From contig NC_082709.1 of assembly GCF_030144855.1 (NCBI RefSeq), forward strand, positions 172,670,001-172,734,000: a stretch of 64,000 nt of DNA. The letters are read 5' to 3'. Under the pieces are notes generated by a model. The model had not been told where the DNA came from. It saw nothing but the letters and a program-made list of their open reading frames with translations, and searched no databases. Below are positions 60,194 through 64,000 of the stretch, piece by piece; position 1 is the stretch's first letter, and each line of letters starts with the position of its first letter. The stretch is from Hypanus sabinus. Taxonomy: Eukaryota. The translations under genes were made by a program, and so were the position numbers.

Positions 60194-62589
60194 CGTTATT
60201 CTGCTGTCCTCCCGAGGATCCTGCCATTAATTTCTGATCTATCTTGTTTGTTTTCCCAAGGAGAATCCCAACTGCCTTTCCTCTGTCTGTTCTCTTAATT
60301 AATCTATAACATTCTGCAACAGAGGGCTGTCTTCAAATGTCCACACCACCAATGTTTGTGGTATTGGTATTAATAATCATACGTCCTACAATTGTGTCCA
60401 AATCGGTTACGTGTGTAACAAACAGTAAGGGTCTCTGGTTTAATTCCTGGGGTGCGCACTGGTCACAGGATTCAGTCACAAAAGCAAACCTCTACTCTCT
60501 GACTCCTGTTACTTTGGAAGGGTCAGGGCTGGCTGTGACTATTTTTAAACCAAGAAGGAATTTGAAATCCATGTGTTGGAAATGAGGGATTCGTAAACCG
60601 TATCAAGAACAGCAGTAATGAGAATGTGCAAATTTAATGTAGCCTGTAGAGCTTTCTATCAGTTGAACATCTTGTAAATAATGAGGCCAGTTAGTATATT
60701 GAATTCAATCTTTAAGTGATAAAGGCACAAGCTGTGTTTAGTGTGGTAGTGGACGAGAGGAAGGATGGTAAAAGTGCTGTGGTAGAAAATGCTTTAGGTA
60801 GCAAATATGGATCAAACTAACGGGGATTTCTGGACTGCCTGATCTGGGTTCATTTTTACCAACAAAGCTGCTGGAACTGATGACCGTTAGAGCTTTATTA
60901 TTCAGTCAAAACAGAGCAGACTTACTGGAGTAAGTGAAGGAAGAAAGGTAAATGCTGTTGGTATGAAAGTTGACGTAATAAGGCATGGAAAACCAAGCCC
61001 TAAGTAGGCACACACTGTGTAAATCAAGCCCTCTTAGAATGAACTATATTCATAAAGAAATGAAAACAAGCTAAGTGTGGTTTCATGTTGGTGGAAAACA
61101 AATTAGTGAAGGATTTTAGTTGCATTCATGGTTCAAAATTTTTGGTTTAGCATGATTGATTCATCTAGACTGATCCTGTGGAACACTGAGGGAGTGCAGT
61201 GTATTGGACTGATTGTCCCCAGTATCTCAGATATATTTGCTGGACTATTTACTTTGGTGAACCGGGCAGAACTTTAAGGATGAATTGCCATTTTAAATTA
61301 ACAATGATATTGTGTAAATAATTATTTTAACCATTGTATCTTGGATAAGCTGCAAGCCAAATGTTTCCCTTTTCAGGTAGATATTAAAATACTCTAACAA
61401 AAAATGGTGAGTGAGCAGAGCAAGTGGCGAGTGTTCTGTCTTATCTGTTGAACTTTTGCATAAATTTGTGTGCTTGATGCCTGAAGAGAATAATAATGCA
61501 AATTTTGATATGTGTTAGTTAAGGGTAATGCACCAGCAATCTATTTTTGTTGAGCTGACCTTTATGTTCCAATCTTTTCCAATGGAGCATTTTGACCTCA
61601 GCAATATTACATATGACATTCTCATTTTTCTCCCTTCATTGATTTTAAAGATTGAATCCTTTGCATCCTTATGAACCTCCCTATCTCCATTATTTTCAAA
61701 CTAATCAATCTAAAATGTTGTGACTGGAATTTAAATGCTGCATTCTCATTGATATTGTTCACGTGAAGCTCCATAAATTTCTATCTGCGGCCTTCTGATT
61801 TGAGTTGCTCTATAAATCTTATCATAGTCTTGGCCACTCTTTATGCAAATGATGAATGCCTTCACGTAAGTCTCTCAAAGCATTTAAGCCTGAGTCATTG
61901 TATAATATGAGAAGGTTATTAGTTTCCAAGTAAAGAAAATGCAGTACAATTCATAATATTTATTCTGAGAGGTTGGTTGAAGATGTTACTAAAGAATCAG
62001 CAAATTGGCCAAGTTAACTACCCAGTCTAACTGCCAGTTATTAATTTTCCTCTGGTCGATGAACAGGATGATTTAAAATAGATAAGAGTAACTCATCAGT
62101 CCAAAGGTCTTGGCTAAAATTGCTATTTATTGATAAATCTTCAAGCTAGTTTCACCAGAGATCTTCTTTAAATATCAGTCTGTATTTTGTGATTGGTTGT
62201 GGAAAATCAGATATATTTACACAAGTGTCAAAACGATGAACCTGAAGTTGACTCTGCACGAAAACTTTGACTACATTTTCCATTTCACAGCAGAAACATT
62301 AAACATGAAGTGAATGGTTGTTTCTCAGATTTCTGTTCCATTCTCTTGCACTAGAAATGAAGCTCCTGCTTTTGGAAGGTTCTGGAATCGAGCCTCAGAA
62401 CCTCAGCATTCTGTGTATACTTTCACCTGATAACACTTTTAGTGAGATCCATTGTCTGTGGTAAACGCTGGTTGATTTGTCTAATGATTGGTTCTTGACA
62501 CTGTGATAACATTGAAAGTCTAAGAGAGCCACCTGAAAAAGAACTGAACAATATTGGTGCCATTTTACTAGAATAATGATTTGGATATG

Positions 62590-62985
62590 TAGCAGGGTGG
62601 AGATATGTCTCTACCAAAGGAGGTGTTAGGCACTCCTTCCCTCTGCTAGCCTGCAGGTCACCCTTGGGTAAGGTGCACCATCTGCTAGGACCTCCCCCCC
62701 CCCCCCCCCCCCCCCCCGGGTCATGTGAAACCATGGGAGCTGGTGGTGGACGGTCATATGAGCAGCTGGTGCATATCACAAGTCCTAGTTATGCGACCAC
62801 TGACACCAGGGAGACAATCTCTGAAATGTATTGATATTGGCTGGGGTCACCCGTCATGTAAAGACACTGCCCAGAAGAAGGTAATAGCAAGCCATTTCTG
62901 TAGGAAAAAAATTGCCAAGACCAATCATGATCAAATGACCATGGTCACTCACATCATGCAACTTTGCACATAATGAACAAATGAT
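62590..62985 (+). mobile_element. RTE-related SINE-like element with an internal poly-C run
   Basis: 3' part AGAAGAAGGTAATAGCAAGCCATTTC..CACATAATGA resembles RTE-mobilised SINE ends as recalled. Confidence 0.5.
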
Positions 62986-63179
62986 GCAATACAAGGATTC
63001 CATTGTATCTCAGTTACAACACTCGTGTGAGCAGAGTGTACAGCAGTGGGCACAGCACTGAAGGGTCAACTGTTGACTGTTTTCTCTTTTCCAAAGAAGC
63101 TGCCTGGCCTGCTGAGTTCCTCCAGCATTTTGTCCGTGTTGCTTTGAATTTCCAGCATCAGCAGATTTTCTTATGCTTG

Positions 63180-63960
63180 TGAAAAATGGCAGATGGAATT
63201 TATTGCAGACAAGTGTGAGGTGTTGCACTTTGGGAGGACCAACCCAGGTAGGTCTTACACAGTGAACGGTAGGGCACTGAGGAGTGTGATAGAACAAAGG
63301 GATCTGGGAATATGGGTCTATAATTCGTTGGAAGTAGTGCCGCAGGGAGATAAGGTTGTAAAGAAAGCTTCTGGCGCATTGGCCTTCATAAAGCAAAGTA
63401 GATAGGATGTTATAGTTGAAGTTGTAAGAGACATTGGTGAGGCCTAATTTGGAGGATTGTGTGCAGTTTTGGTCACCTACCTACAGGAAAGATGTAAATA
63501 AGGTTGAAAGAGTGCAGAGAAAATTTACAAGGATGTTGCTGGGTCTGGAGGACCTGAGTTATAAGGTAAGATTAAATAGGTTAGGACTTTATTCCTTGGA
63601 ATGTAGAAGATTGAAAGGAGATTTAATAGAGGAATACAAAATTGAGGGGTATAAATAGGGTAGATTTAAGCAGGCTGTTTTTACTTGGGTTTGGTGAGAT
63701 GACAACCAGAGGACATGGATTAAGGGTGAAAGGGGAACATGAAGGGAATCTTCTTTGCGTAGAGGGTCATGAGAGTGTGGAATGAGTAGCCAATGAAACT
63801 TGATTTCCACATTTAAGAAAGTTTGGACAGGTACATGGATGGTAGGGGTATAGAGGGCTATGGTCCCGGTGTAGGTCATTAAAAGTAGGCAATTTAAATG
63901 GCTTAGCACAGACCAGTTGTGCTGAAGGGCCTGATTTTGTGCTGTGATCTCCTATGACTC
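63180..63960 (+). mobile_element. CR1-like LINE 3' portion
   Basis: MEFIADKCEVLHFGRTN..QRDLGI..VRPNLEDCVQFWSP motifs plus 3' UTR. Confidence 0.9.
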
Positions 63961-64000
63961 TTATTTTGAAATGCTTCTTAAATTGAAGTACTATACATTT

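Noticed and set aside
62694-62717. Long C/G homopolymers (also at about 12339, 14845, 32641, 53008, 54134) as G-quadruplex elements
   Set aside because: All lie in TE remnants and could be slippage or base-calling artefacts; there is no functional evidence.
1-64000. CRISPR arrays, rRNA or true tRNA genes, prokaryotic operons
   Set aside because: No regularly spaced repeat-spacer array; tRNA-like segments are decayed SINE heads; the sequence is intron-rich vertebrate DNA.

Overview
Vertebrate genomic DNA. The repeat complement (CR1 and Rex1/Babar-type LINEs, V-SINEs, Penelope-like elements, Tc1) suggests a cartilaginous fish, most likely a ray; this is an inference. Two genes lie head-to-head. 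On the minus strand is a lebercilin-family gene, best matching LCA5L: six coding exons with consistent splice phases (33591-33309, 23249-22717, 15478-15341, 8435-8354, 3807-3701, 3618-3516; 415 codons, last exon left of the window), plus a probable non-coding first exon and a CpG-rich promoter with an X-box near 36.6-36.8 kb. On the plus strand is the first coding exon of an SH3BGR-family gene (54912-54956) with its own CpG-rich CCAAT/GC-box promoter. The rest is mostly transposable-element debris, including four solo LTRs with exact target-site duplications, a full-length dead Tc1, a cluster of hAT-type MITEs and one 439-N assembly gap. The most notable signals are not in the ORF track: (1) an intact minimal type-I hammerhead ribozyme downstream of a Penelope GIY-YIG ORF (48360-48397, minus), with many decayed sibling copies, often in inverted pairs; (2) a Chapaev-type (CMC) transposase fossil; (3) apparent CpG gain in TE remnants flanking both promoters. 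All family assignments come from recalled motifs, not database searches.
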